In this document: positions 25,589 to 38,839 of the stretch, piece after piece
Numbering within the stretch: the first letter of the stretch is position 1
Layout of the letters: every line of letters starts with the position of its first letter
Made by a program: the position numbers and the translations under genes
Notes under the pieces: generated by a model
Seen by the model: only the letters and a program-made list of their open reading frames with translations
What the model was told of the DNA's origin: nothing
Database searches by the model: none
Assembly: GCA_051294375.1 (NCBI GenBank)
Contig: CM119265.1
Coordinates: 24,921,605-24,985,604 of the forward strand
Length of the DNA: 64,000 nt
Origin: Paraspadella gotoi
Lineage: Eukaryota > Animalia > Chaetognatha
Direction of reading: 5' to 3'

Positions 25589-27014
25589 CATTTCGGTTTG
25601 TAATCAATTTGTTTTGACGTTTACATAAGTTAACAGTTATCAACGGATATGGCCCAACTTTCGGAAGTCCGGGATCAAGTCCTTCCTTTCCACTTCCTTA
25701 TTGTTTATCTATTTTCCTTATTTTATTTTTTATTCTTGGTTTATATTTATATTTTCAAGTCGTGTTTTACGTTTCTTCCGGAGCGGAGTTCATGAACTCA
25801 ATAGACTTAACTAACGTATTATCTTTCGCTTCTCTTTCAATTTTGTTCCCTCGGCTTTTAAAGTTATATTATCTATAACGAATCATAATTTTTAAACCAG
25901 CTGTCGAGATCTCGTGGAACCAAAAACCGATATTCTAGCTATACGTAATATGCTTTAATATTATTTTATTTTTAAAAATATCTGAACTGATGCTGTTGCG
26001 AAATTTTAAATCTCTTTTTACAAATTTTTAATTTTTGAACCTTGAAACCGTTACGTACTTTTTTTGGTTTTTTCCTTTTAATTTTATTTCGTTTCTTTAT
26101 TACTTTTGAAATTAGTAAGCCAGGACCTCGTTACTTTTTCTTTCTTTTCTTTTCTTTTCTTTTCTTTTCTTTTCTTTTCTTTTCTTTTCTTTTCTTTGCC
26201 TTCCATTATCCAAATTCAAATCATCATATTTCGACAACCCCCTTTTACAATCCCCCTAACAATTCGAACTCCCCCACCCCCTTCTTCCTCTCCCCCCCTT
26301 TCCTCTCACCATCATCATCAACCGTCGCCTCGGTGATGTAGTTGATGAGCACCTTCGTCGCACCGCGGGGTTCTCGCTCTTACAACAGCAGATGGCGAGG
26401 AAGGTGCCGCGCGAAGTGAAGCAGCCCGAGTAGACGTACCCTTCGAACCAAGGGTACCAAATCTCCTCCAGATGCTCGCGGGTAAGGGTAGGCAGCGGGA
26501 AGGACGCCGCGGCAGGCTGCTCCGCAGCGCCGCCGTTGGAAAACTGTGGGGATAGTGATCAGAGGGGGAGAGTAAGTTAGGTAGGGCGGGGAGAGAAGAT
26601 TGTCATAGTACTTTATAATTCAATCATACTGGAAAAACTAATTTCAGGATTACATTTATGTAATGCAATGTGATTAATATGACATATGAACATAATTCTG
26701 TCGCTAAACCGTTTCAACCAAAATATTGACCTCATGTTTTCCCTTTTGCTATATTAAATTGAGGATAGCGAATGAACAATATCCCAGTTTAACTTAAGCC
26801 CACCTAATCAGTGAATAAGTGATCAATAATCACGCATCGTTTCGTTAACATCCTTTAGACTCCATCCCGCCCCAGTTTATTTTTTTGCCTTGAGATCGAT
26901 GTCGTTTCCGTCGTCGCCACCAGAGGCGCTACGAGCGGCACCACGCGAGCCGCCACGAGAGGCGCCGCGCGATCTTTTGTCGTCTCGGAACGAAGTTTCT
27001 TCGTTGAAGCCCAT
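23102..27014 (-). CDS. Rhomboid intramembrane serine protease with N-terminal EF-hand (RHBDL/rhomboid-4 type), 8 exons
   Basis: Approximate exons 27014-26889, 26544-~26309, ~25436-~25300, ~25047-~24906, ~24499-~24298, ~24214-~24149, ~23846-23700, ~23495-~23370, ~23251-23102. EF-hand loop DLDRDGWISYKE; PPPLFIP; EVWRWITYSFVHGSIDHLLIN (WR motif, HxxxxHxxxN); catalytic GASGG and AHLGG. One frameshift is needed near 26367-26370 (see findings). Confidence 0.9.
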
Positions 27015-28452
27015 ATTCGTCGACGGGCTCTCTCTGTCTCTCTCGCGTTGTCTTTCTCTCTCTCTCTGTCTCCCTCCTTGCCTTCCTCTCTGTCTCTCAG
27101 GCTGCATTGTTTTTTTTTCGCTATGAATTAATTAGTAGTTTTGTTTTTTTGTTTTGTTTTGTTTTTTTTGGTGCTCGCAAATGAGACTTTACATTTTGAT
27201 TTCTTTACCGAAAATTAACTTCCTCTTGGTCTTTTATTTCGAAATGAAAATGATAATCCCAATTATTATCAAATTCAAAAATCCCTGGGCGATCGAAAAG
27301 ATAAAATGGTTTACGGATTTCAGAAATCAAGAATCCAGTCAGTTCCAGCCAATCCAGTCGCCTCACGCGAGTTCGAACCAAACAGGTTATTCGAAGGAAG
27401 GACAGGTAAGTCAGACGCCGCTGCATTAGCCGCGCTGCTCCGCTCGGCATAAAAACCGGGAAACTCCTGAAGCGGCGGACTACGCTGCTGCTGCTGCTGG
27501 TTTTTTTTTTCGATTTGAAAGTAAAACTTGGAAAAGAAAGAAAGACAATGACATTTTAAGTGACAAGGAGATGACAAAAGGGAGAAAATGGAAAATTCCA
27601 GGGTTTCAGGGGCGCGGCGAAGATTGACTATTACTAAAATAATTTAAAAATTCGAAATAAATAGACCTGTGCATTGTGCAATGACTGATAACGTGAAGTA
27701 GAAATTACGCAACGTCATTAAAAGCAGTTATTCAAGTTATTGTTTTTTTTTTGTCACCGTTGTTAGCACAAGAATAATTTGTCACCTTTTTCTTCATTGA
27801 CATAATGTAATTGTGTAATTAAAAAGAAGTTCGTTTTGCCCAGATTCGAAGTTGATATCAAATCTCGCATATTTGCAAATGAATCGATCAACCAATCAAT
27901 CGTTCAGATGTCTAAACGAAACTCGACAGTAGAGACCGGGGATCAAAGCCGGACGAGTTTGTTTTTTTTTGGCGTAGGGGGGGCTGGCGTCGGCCGGCGG
28001 CTTGGGTTCACTCCAACTCCAAGTGCTGATGACATTCGACGCCAATCAAAGTCAAACCGAATTAACTTAAGTTAACCTCACAATGTTGACCTTGGAATAT
28101 TTGAAGAACTAAAATAGTTAGGACCTAGGAAACTCAAATACTACGCGATTCAGGTGTTATTATTTTAAGGAACGCTGATTTGTAAAGTCAAGTTTTTTTT
28201 TTTATAAACAATTTAAAAAAGCATTTCAAAATCATTCCTCATAACCGGGCGCGTGATATTTTTTTAGTCTATTAAATTCAAAAAGCCAAATTCAAAGATA
28301 AAAAAAAATTCAACGAAAGTTATAAACTTTTTTTTTTGGACAAAGGTCCCCTTAATTTTTAAGGGAAAAAATTAATGAGAATTATCAGAACTTTTTTTTC
28401 GTCTCAAGTTCAGAGAGCATTTGTTATTCACCTTTCAGATCAGAGAAAGCGA

Positions 28453-28558
<106 letters not shown>

Positions 28559-30594
28559 CTTTCAAAAAATTAAAAAAAGCAAGGGGAATCACTATAATCA
28601 AAAGCCGCAGGTGCACGCAAACAGTTGTGAAGTGAGACGCGTGAGCCCAGCCCAACCCGAGGTGAGGACATGATCATTGGGAGAGGGGGGGGAGAGGGGG
28701 GGGAGAGGGGCAGGATGACCCAGACAGGAAATAGGAAAAGAGGAAACTGGAAAAGCGAGTGCACCGGTCCCACGGTACTTCGGTTGCGCGTTTCCTTGCT
28801 GTTTGTTAATATGAGATTCTTTTAGATATATATAGATAAGAGATGAACTTTTCAACCCCAAAATGAGATTGAGCTCATTTGCATATTGTAGTGTTGACAT
28901 TGACTTGTCTTAAATTTTATTCTTTAGTCATTTCTTTGTCTCATATCACGAATCCACTCTCGTCATTAGTGTAGCAATTGATTGATTAGAGAGTTTGGAA
29001 CATTAATCTAATTTTTAAATAAATTCATTGGAGCCCACTCTAAGCTATTTCATTATGAGTTAGTTAGTTGGCACCGACTCCCTTGATTTTTGTAAATCGC
29101 TAAAGCCCTGAAATTGTACAAGTTTTTTAAATTTTTTTTCCGGTCACCTAACTTTTCTTTTCTTTTACTAGAATTTTGTCTCTTACTTAAGTTAATAATT
29201 ACTTAATAAATAAAAGAATAACGACTGACGATTTTAGCGAAACATGTAATTAAAACAATAGCAATAATAAAAAAAAATGATATAAATGACTCAACCACAG
29301 TTGATAACAATTTAGTACGGAAAATCGATCTAAAGATACATTTAAAATTTAAACTATATTCCATAACATTTATTTTGGTTATTTTTTTTTCTCCCGTTAG
29401 GGAAACTAGATCTTCGTTTGTGAAACCAGAAATACATTTCGTGTTTATCAAATCACAGATATACATTGAACTATTGTAACCAAAAAAAAAATGTACACGA
29501 AATATGCTGAGACAATGTGTCTTCGATGAATGTCGTGAATGAGAGGTGAGTTTCAAACGAGTCACAAAATTGGGAAATATGATCTGATGTTCAGCATTGA
29601 GAACAATAGGGTCCAGTAATGATGCTAGACCGAATACAGTAGCATCATTGGCCGTCATAATTTGTAAAAACATTGCAAGGAATCGCGGGGGGGGGGGCTT
29701 TTCAGAGAGATGCAAAACAGCATTTACAATTTAAAAAAAAAAGAAATGAAGAACAAAAGGAAATAGTTATCGGCCAAGGTTGTTCGTTGTACCAGGTCCC
29801 TGGGTCGAGTCTGTGACTGGTGACAAAGCGACTAATTAATGTTCCTCAAGGCAAAAAAAAAAAGATAAGGAAGGGTACAGTCCGTTTGTTTCTCTCTCTC
29901 TCCGTCTCTGTCTCTGTCTCTCTCTCGCTCTCGCTCTTCGAGACGAACTATGGATTTATTTAAAAAAAAAAATAAATCGCACGATAAGAAATTTCTCGAA
30001 GACGTGAAATTAGGAGAGAGATAAAATGTCTCATAATAATAACTACAACTTTTCCCCCCTCCCCTTTTAAAAAAAAATTCAAATATCTCATTTCTTTTCT
30101 CTCATTCATTCATTCATTTCATTTTTTCACTTCATTTTTTTTTCATTTCTATTTAGAATCTCATCAATGAATAAAAGGCAAGAACTTTTCAGTTTCATTG
30201 AGTTTCATTCAATTTATTTTCTGCCTCCTTTTCTAATTTGGCCCTTTTTTTAAATTCGTACGTCGCAGGTAGAGATGGCAATTTTTAATTCTTGTCTTAT
30301 TTTTTTAAAGTCTTGCCACTCTTTCACAAGGACACCGCCTTTGAACTTTGCCACCGTTTTCGAAGAAGTCTCATTTTTTTCTCCTTCACATCCCGAGATG
30401 TAGCTATCGAGTTTTTCACAATGTATGCGCTCAACAATGCCACCTTCTTCCCGCCGCGTCTTCCCCAACTTTTTTTTTCAATTTTCACTCTTTGCCCCTG
30501 TAACTCCATTTGCCCGTCGCTCCTAGACCCGTCACTCTAACTGCCGGTCACTCCTCGACCCGTCACTCCGACCGCCGGTCACTCTCAGACTCCA

Positions 30595-33500
30595 TCACTC
30601 CTTGGTCCTCCTCAGGACCGACTTCCGCTCATCGAACATAACCAAATCTTGATTCGGCGTCAACTTTCCGAATCGACGCAGAGACTCGTCGTCTTCATCG
30701 TCGTCGTCGTCGTCGTCGATGGGCGTGGCGTCCGTTTCGAAATCGGTCGACGGCAGCGACGACGATGTCGAGTACAACGAGGGCGTCGTCGTCGTCGTCG
30801 TGATCGTCGTCGCCGTCTTGGCCTCGATGAGACAATCGCAGCTCACGTCGCCGAAGCTTCCCTCCGGCACGGCAAAGTCCTCAATGGTGTATTGCAGAAT
30901 GGGCAGGCGTTGGCTCCGACGAGTCTGGTAGAGGCAGAAACCGACCACGCTGAGGATGAGTAGGATTAGGAAGGAGGCGAGGCCGTACATCACCCACTGA
31001 GTCATGTTGTCGTCGGCGAGGGAAGCGAATTCGCGCCGGGAATCGCGCGGCGCCGGAACGTGGCACTTTTCACGGTCCCTGGGCTGGGTGCATTCGCCTG
31101 GAGGAAAGGGAGGTTGGGGAAAGGGCGTAGGGAAGGAAGGGATCGGGGCGGTAAGGGGATTAGATTTTCTATTTTCTCTTTTTCATTTTTCTTGATTCCT
31201 TTCGAATAAATCCTCCTTAGTTGAAAATTCATCGTGTATAATTTATTGCTTAATAATTTAAGTTTTGATGGTTACATTCTTTTGAGAACACACGAAAAAA
31301 ATATTGTTATCAGCTGACAAACGAAAAAAAATGAAGTAACTTTCATCATATTAAAGGTTAACCACGTGTTTGGTTGTTAAAAGGTCTGTCATAATTTTTT
31401 TTTTAGATGTAAAATTCTGATTTATTATTTTCCCCAGCAAAAAAAAAAGAAGAGGAAAAGCAAATTAGTTTCAATTAAAATTTAAATTTTTTTTCTTCTC
31501 ACAACAAAGAAGTTAAACGAAATTTATAGAGTGTTAACCCTTTCAAAATATTTACTGAATATATTGCCATTTTTTCAAGAAATAAACATTTTTGTCCCGT
31601 GACGTAAACGTTTAAAGCTCACCCTTGTTTCCATTATCCTTTTTTTGCATATCTCTTTGATCCCGTCAATGACTCAGACATTACTCCCCCCCCCGTGTCC
31701 CTTACCCTCAACCCCCCCACTTTCCTCACCCCACGGACAGGCGCAGGCCGAGGTGGGTCTCTCCGTTCGACAATTTCCCCAATCACAGGCGCACTCTTTG
31801 TGCTTCGGGATGTCGAACTTTGGAAAAGACGTGATGCAGGGGAGTTGACTCTGCTGACAGTAGGGAGGCCTGTCCTCCATGCAGCGGCCCCAGGGACAGG
31901 CGCATAGCGGGTTCATCCTGGCTGCCTGACATTTTCCCCAAGAACAAATGCAGTCGGGTTCGGCGTAGCCAAGATTTCCGCAAGCGTGCGCGTCGTCGTC
32001 GTCGTCGTCGACTTCTTTGTGGGGTACGACGATGGCCTCAGTCACGTTGGCCTCTTTCTCGCAGGCCAGTGGCCGGTAGAGGAAGCACATGCCCCAGGGG
32101 CAGCGGCAGGCGGGTGAGGGGCGGTCGGCCAGGCACTTACCCCATTCGCACTCGCAGCCTGAAAAAAAAAAGGAAAGGGGAAGAGAGTAAGTTATTAATT
32201 ACATTTTTGAATGTCCGTCTACAATCCTTGTATACGGACAATACAGTATATATCATTGTGGTTATCTCTCTTTTCGCTGTATTTTTTGTATATATCATGT
32301 ATTCAAAATGTTACCCTCATATCTTTTGCATGAATTTGTTATCACAAACGTCACTTCCAATAAATTCATTACTCTCTTAAAAAAAAACTAGACTCAGCCA
32401 ATTCCTAACGTGAATCGAGTTCACGTCTCGATCCTCAAAATTACCAAGGTCATTCGAATTTTCTTTCAAATCACCTCAGTCATCTTGTTTCTTTCACTCG
32501 ATCACCGAAGACGTTAAAACTTTCACGAGTCACCGAAAAAAACACTTCACTTTGTGGCGGGCGCCATTTTTTTTTGAAATTCGCCCCCGAATTTAATCCA
32601 AATTTTAAACCTAGTAACCCAGTGGTGGGTCTTAAAGGTTTTATAACGCGCACTTGGCACAGTGAGACCGAAGTCCACTCATTCGCCTCAAAAATGAGAG
32701 AGAGAGAGAGAGAGGGAGAGAGAGAGCAAAAAATAGCTTCTTGTTTTATTTTTTTAATTTGCAAATTTGAAAGGTATTTCGGGTTATCTATACTGGAGAG
32801 GCACTTTTGAAACGAGAGTTCGAAAGTACAATTAACTCAATTTTGTACTGAAAAGTCCTTGGATGCGATATTCCGAAAACTTCCGTATGATTCTCCCAAA
32901 AAAATAAGTTTATACAAATAACTGCGATATTTTTAAAAGTCCTTAGGAACCGCGACATTTTTTTTTCTTTTTAAGGGAACCTTTTTGCTCGGCAAAGATA
33001 TTTGCCCGTCGGCTTAAGGGGATTTTTTTCAAGTGTTTTTGTCCAATATTTTTTTCCCTTCTCATTTCAAAAGTGGGATTATTTGTAAAAAAACTGGATG
33101 AAAGTGAGAACTGGGAAACTGATAAGTGAGAAAAAGGGGGAGGGAAGGTGGAAAAAGGTGGAGGGAAGGTGGAAAAAGGGGAAGGGAAGGTGGAAAAAGG
33201 GGTAGAGAAGGTGGAAAAAGGGGGAGGGAAGGTGGAAACATATGTGATAAGATAAAAGTAAAAAAATGACGAAAGAAAAGAAAAGGGGAAAAAAATTATA
33301 GTTTTTTTTTTTGTAAAACAAGCAAAAACGGCAAAACGTTTGAAAGAAAAAAAAAATAGAAAGCTGTCGGAAATTAGCACAAATGTCTTCTATAAAAATG
33401 AGAGAGAGAGAAAGAAAAAAAAAAAGAGAAGAAAAAAGAAAGTGATAGTAGTTAATTGTTAATTGTTAATAGTTAAGCTGCTAAAAAAGTTAATTTTTGG

Positions 33501-35839
33501 CCGAAAAGGTGGCAGCGAAAGTTTCGGCGCGGAATGATTTTCTTCTGATTCTCACTTCGGTCGCCCTCTTGTGAGAGAGACACGGACCCAAACCAGTGAC
33601 CAGTGCAATGACATCGACCACTCGCACCGCGCGATAACTACAACCACAGACACAACTACCTCAATGCGCTGACATAGGGCAATGACATCGAGCACTCACG
33701 ACTGACCCTCGCATCGGGCGACGGACTTCGCTTTCCCGATTTAACGAGCTTTTTTTCGATTTTCCGTCGCCGGTTTCGGTTTAACGACGAAGATTCCTCG
33801 TTAAAAAAATGATAATGATAATGATAATAATGATAATGATAATGATAATCGGCTCATAATTGTTTTTTTAAAACGATATTAAAAGCTCGTTTTTTTTTTA
33901 CTCATCGACAGTTTTATTTCTTACGAAAGGACGATTTTTAAAACTCGATAAGAGGTTAGGCCCGGACCGAGCCTTTTGTGAGTTTGATCGGATGAGTGCG
34001 ATGGATTTTTAGTAGCGTCTCCTTGGAGAGACCCGTTTCCAAGAGACATTCGCAATACTTGACTGGAATTGATTTAAATACACTATAAAACGTTGATTTA
34101 TGAACAATGTAAAACTGCTTTACGGAGAAAGGGGGTAAAAGATTGTCATTTTAGTGATAGGAATAAACATTTTTGGTCATTTTTGTCCAGCATCCAGGTG
34201 TCATGAATATTTTTTAGGTTGAATAAATTTTTAAATTTGACAAAAGAGTATTAACTTCTTTTTAAAGCCGCGACTAACGCTGATAATACGCTTTGCTAGA
34301 ACGCCTGCAAAATTCTCTCTTTCTTTTCTTTTCTCTTTCTCTTCGCGCTCGAGTGGAATTCTTTGCTCCCAACCCGCCCCCCCCCAATTTTTTTCTCGCC
34401 CTCTTTCGCCGATGGAGATGAACTATATACAATTAACCCGATCGAGAGATTGAGAGACTGAAAAGGAAAAAGGAACGAGTTTTTGACTCTCGAAAAGGAA
34501 TAAAAGGAAAAGGAAGGGAAAGACGAGAAAGTCAATTAGAGAGAAAAGGGGAAGAATAATGCGACGATGACGAACGACGAAGACGAAGAAGAAGAAAGGC
34601 GAAGAGGGGGAAAGACGAAGAGGGAAAAAGGCGAAGAAGAAGAAAGGCGATGAGGGAAAAAGGCGAAGATGGAAGAAAGGCGAAGAGGGAAAAAGTCGAA
34701 AGGCGAAAAAAAGGGTTTGAATGGACAAAAGATTTCTTCAACTCGAAGGAAGAATGAACGTGTGACTCGGTCATCGAGTTATAAGTTTAATAAAACTAAC
34801 TAAAAAAAACAAAAACGTTTAGACAATTCACAATAACAACGAGGAATTAAAGGCGAAGAACTGACAAACGACGATCAAGGACGAACAAAAGACGAACTCG
34901 CGACGAACAAAAGACGAACTCGCGACGAACGAAATTTGAAAAAAACCAAAAAAAATTCGTCGATTCCGTCGAAAGGCGAAGACTTTGTCCTCGGGTTCAA
35001 ATTTCAACTTTGTCGCACGCAATTATTGCGTGCACACCGCATAAAAACCGCGTGCGATTTTGCGGGCATTACTCGCAACTGGCTCACCCCCCCCTAAAAA
35101 AAAAAAAAAAAAAAATAAATAAATAAAAACCCGAAAAAGTTCCGGCGTCAAATTCACCGCTTCAAAAATAAAATAACAGTTTTTATCTTTTCAAAATTTT
35201 TTTTTTTTTAATTTCCGCTTATCAAAGACGTCGATGTCGTAATATGTTAAGACAACTGTTTATATATATTAAATTCATCCGCCGCTTTTGAGTGATGAAC
35301 TCGGCGTTCACAGAAAAACAATGATGAGAAATCGATGAAGATTTACTGAATGTGTTTCCGGACAGAATGTGATAATTTATCTATCCTCTCGCACATATTA
35401 AACTAAATTGACGCAGATTCCCGCTCTAGAGCTCACACCATAGTTTCCTTCGCTTTTTCAGGACAATTTTCACAACTCTTCACGTCACACATTTTGTGAC
35501 GTGACTCTCACGTGAATGGCAACCAACTTCTCCGAGCACCATTGTAAAAAAAGGGGTAAGGATTAACTTACCCTCGGAGGCGATATCGAAGTTTTTACAA
35601 ATGTCTCTCAGTTCGAGAATGACGTTGTCGGGGACCCGGTTGGCGACGGCCGTCGTGTTGAAGCCGTAGACGACGGGCCATTTGATGAGGGGAGAAGGGA
35701 AGGCGGGGAGGGAGGTGGGGGAGTTGGAGGAGGAGGAGGAGGAGGAAGAGGAGGAGGAGGAGGCGGGTAAGGGTTGAGAAGGAAGGAACTCCAAGGACAG
35801 GAAGATGGTCAAAGTCAACGACAAGGATTTCCAACTCAT
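30595..35839 (-). CDS. Uncharacterised 399-aa type I membrane protein: signal peptide, three 8-Cys repeats, one TM helix, acidic Ser/Thr-rich tail
   Basis: Exons 35839-35572 (268 nt), 32158-31730 (429 nt) and 31097-30595 (503 nt) sum to 1200 nt, all phase 1 with canonical GT-AG sites. N-terminus MSWKSLSLTLTIFLSLEFLPSQP; TM WVMYGLASFLILLILSVVGFCLY followed by QTRRS. Confidence 0.88.
33135..33237. repeat. 21-bp purine-rich minisatellite (about 5 copies of GGAGGGAAGGTGGAAAAAGGG)
   Basis: Tandem copies read directly; lies in the large intron of the Cys-rich membrane-protein gene. Confidence 0.85.
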
Positions 35840-36067
35840 TTTTTGTTTCGTTTTGTTTTTGTTTGGACGAAGGAAAAATTAACTGCGTTGTTTCCTGTTG
35901 TTTTTTTGTTTTTCCAAACTTTAAGATTTCGTAACCGATTACGACTTTAAGTGACGTCTGTTTTTTTTATATTCGATGGATGCCCGACGAAAAAAAGTTC
36001 GGCTTGAAACCGACAGTTTTTGGTCGGGTGACCTTTGACCTCTGGAAAGATAGAAGAGTCGAAGCGA

Positions 36068-36075
36068 TGACGTCA
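36068..36075. promoter_or_regulatory. Perfect CRE/ATF palindrome TGACGTCA about 230 bp upstream of the Cys-rich gene ATG
   Basis: Exact 8-mer match; function not shown. Confidence 0.3.
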
Positions 36076-36359
36076 TTAAACCGGAAAAGCGGACGTCGTC
36101 GTCGTCGTCGTCGCGACGAATTCGTCGTCGTTCGTCCTTGAGTCAACGGCGAAGGTGGAAATGAATACGATCATGACGACGAAATGTCTCGAGCTGTTCC
36201 TTTGTTTTTTTTTTTCGTTTTAAAAACGAAGACGTTTGTTACGTTTTTTGTTTTCTAAAGTTTTGTCGCTGTTTCTTTTTTTTTTTTTAATTTTGTTTTT
36301 GCGGCGTTTTGATCGAGTTCGAAAGCACTCTCTCTCTCTCTCTCATACTCGTAAGCTCT

Positions 36360-36397
<38 letters not shown>

Positions 36398-38041
36398 CTC
36401 TCGATCGTTTTAGTTTGCAGTGAAGAAAAATTTATTAAAAAAAAATTGTTTTTCAGTCACGACAGAAAAAAAATGTCTCACTCTTTCGACAATTTGAACA
36501 TTTTTGATTCAAAATCGGTAAAAGGGGGCTCCCAGAGAGAGAGAGAGACAGAGTAAGAAGGGGAAGAAGAGGAGGAAGAGGATGAGGAGGAAGTGGAGGA
36601 GGACGGGTTTATCATCCCGGGGCGAGATAGAGGAAGAGGAGGTGAACGTGGGTTTTGAGGGAAATGAGGAAGAGGAGAGAAGAGGAGGAGGAGGAGGAGG
36701 TGAAAGGATGAAGAGGACTAAATGGCGAAAATTAATCTTTTTTTTAATTCAAGATAAATTTAAAAGGAACGAAAAAAGAAGATATAAAGAAAACCAAAAA
36801 AAAGGAAGGAAAGAGAGTTAAAAGAAAGAAAGAAAGAAAGAGAGTAAGAAAGAAAGAAAGAAAGAAAGAGAGTAAGAAAGAAAGTAAGAAAGAAAGAGAG
36901 TAAGAAAGAAAGAGGGTAAGAAATAAAGAAAGAGAGTAAGAAAGAAAAAAAGAAAGAAAGAAAGAAAGAGAGTAAAAAATAAAGAAACAAAGAAAGAAAG
37001 ACAGAAAGACAGACAGACAAAAGAAATGAGAGAACCCAAAAAGGGGGAAAAATTGGAAAACATAGAAGAAAAAAAATATAAAGAGAGAAAGCTTTAAAAA
37101 AAAAAGAAATTAAATTAAAAATATCTTGTTCAGGTGCTAACAAAAACAAAATAAAACGTGTTTAAACTCGCGCTTTCACTTAAAGCTACGCATGCGTATA
37201 TTAAATTTTGCCGCGAATTTAACCAATTGTCTGCAAATACTAAATGTCGATGACCAAACTTATAAACGCTCAAATTATTTCTTATTGATTATTTTCAAAA
37301 TTATTCGAAACTACTTAAAAACCCACAACGTTCAAACTTGACAGAATGGGGCCTTTCAAACTCTCAGGTCAAAATTCACATTATTCGGTTGGCGTCGGGA
37401 AAAAAGTTCATCGGCGGAGTTCAAACGTATAAGTATAAGTCAACTTTTGTCGGTACAAGTCGTTAATTCGTGTCGGTACAAGTCGGTAAAAGTTTTGACG
37501 AGCTTCGTTATCTAAGGATTTCACTCTGGGGATCCTTTACGATGCTATTCTTTAAAAAGTCCGGTTTGCTTAGTATGCATACATCTAAGTTAGATTCTAA
37601 CGAAGACAATTTTTGTATAATTTGAAAACTTCTTATACATTTATAAAATTGCACCTGACTTCGGTCAGTCGATGACGAGTTTAGTCTTCTTTCCTTTCTA
37701 AGATTATGTTAACAGCTTTCAATCATTATTATTTGTTTTATGTCTTTTGAGGTAAGTTTTTTGGTCTGAATCTTGCTTGCTCGTTGCTTTGGTACTTTCG
37801 TCCGTCTTTCATTCAATCAGGACATTTGTTATTTTTTTTCTGTGGGGTCGTGTAAAAAAAACCAGTCTTTACGATCTTAAAAAACTAGTAACATAAATCT
37901 CGTCAGATAAAACTTTAATTTGCGTCTACATTTATTAACTTCTTTTTCGTCGTCGCCGTCGTCGTCGTCGTTGTTGTTGTTGTTGTTGTTATCAAAAACA
38001 TGAGGATCCTTGACGCAACATCGCTTCGTCGGCGTTTGAGT

Positions 38042-38173
<132 letters not shown>

Positions 38174-38364
38174 GTCGAGGACATCGATTTGTCTTGCGTC
38201 TAAACCTGTCACAAACAAAAGGCAATCGTCTCTCCCGATCGGCATTCGCGTCGTGAGCAGAATTTAGAAAAACCGATCGGGAAGGAATGACGACCTTCAG
38301 TCAATTCTATTTTGATTTATCATGAAGTCTTGGAAATAAAATAGGGCGCTCAAATAATGTATAG

Positions 38365-38594
38365 GAGAGTGGTCCTTTTATCCAATTGAAACATTCTTTA
38401 TATTTACATATTATATACTTCATTGATATGGAAGCCAGGTCATCTGGAAGTGAATAAAGGAGACTGTGAGAGAGTCCTGATTCAAAGATGGGAGGGGCCT
38501 TTTATGTTATAATCTTGTAAGAGTGATGGAGGCCTTAAACCACCAAAGCCTAAAAGTCAGGGACAAGATAGCTTATTTATTAATAGATAATTTT
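38365..38594 (+). mobile_element. Dispersed ~220-bp interspersed repeat, copy 1 (unclassified)
   Basis: Colinear with 59550-59760; shared blocks include agactgtgagagagtc, tgatggaggccttaaaccaccaaagcc and aaagtcagggacaagat. Confidence 0.75.
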
Positions 38595-38751
38595 TATTTC
38601 ATATATATGAACAAAATTTTGTAACACAATTTAGTAAGAGAAAAATATAAAATAAAACAATTTGAGTCAAATTTCTCAAAAATTTTAAATATTTTTTTTA
38701 AAACTAAATTATAAAGAAAATTAGTAGGCAAAAATTTGTGATCCCTGACAT

Positions 38752-38759
38752 CCATCATC

Positions 38760-38838
<79 letters not shown>
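38752..38838. repeat. (CAT)n microsatellite
   Basis: Read directly; a second (TCA)n tract lies at about 39255-39328. Confidence 0.95.

Positions 38839-38839
<1 letters not shown>

Noticed and set aside
29203-29715. 170-aa AT-rich minus-strand ORF
   Set aside because: Non-ATG start, intron-like composition, no recognisable motif.
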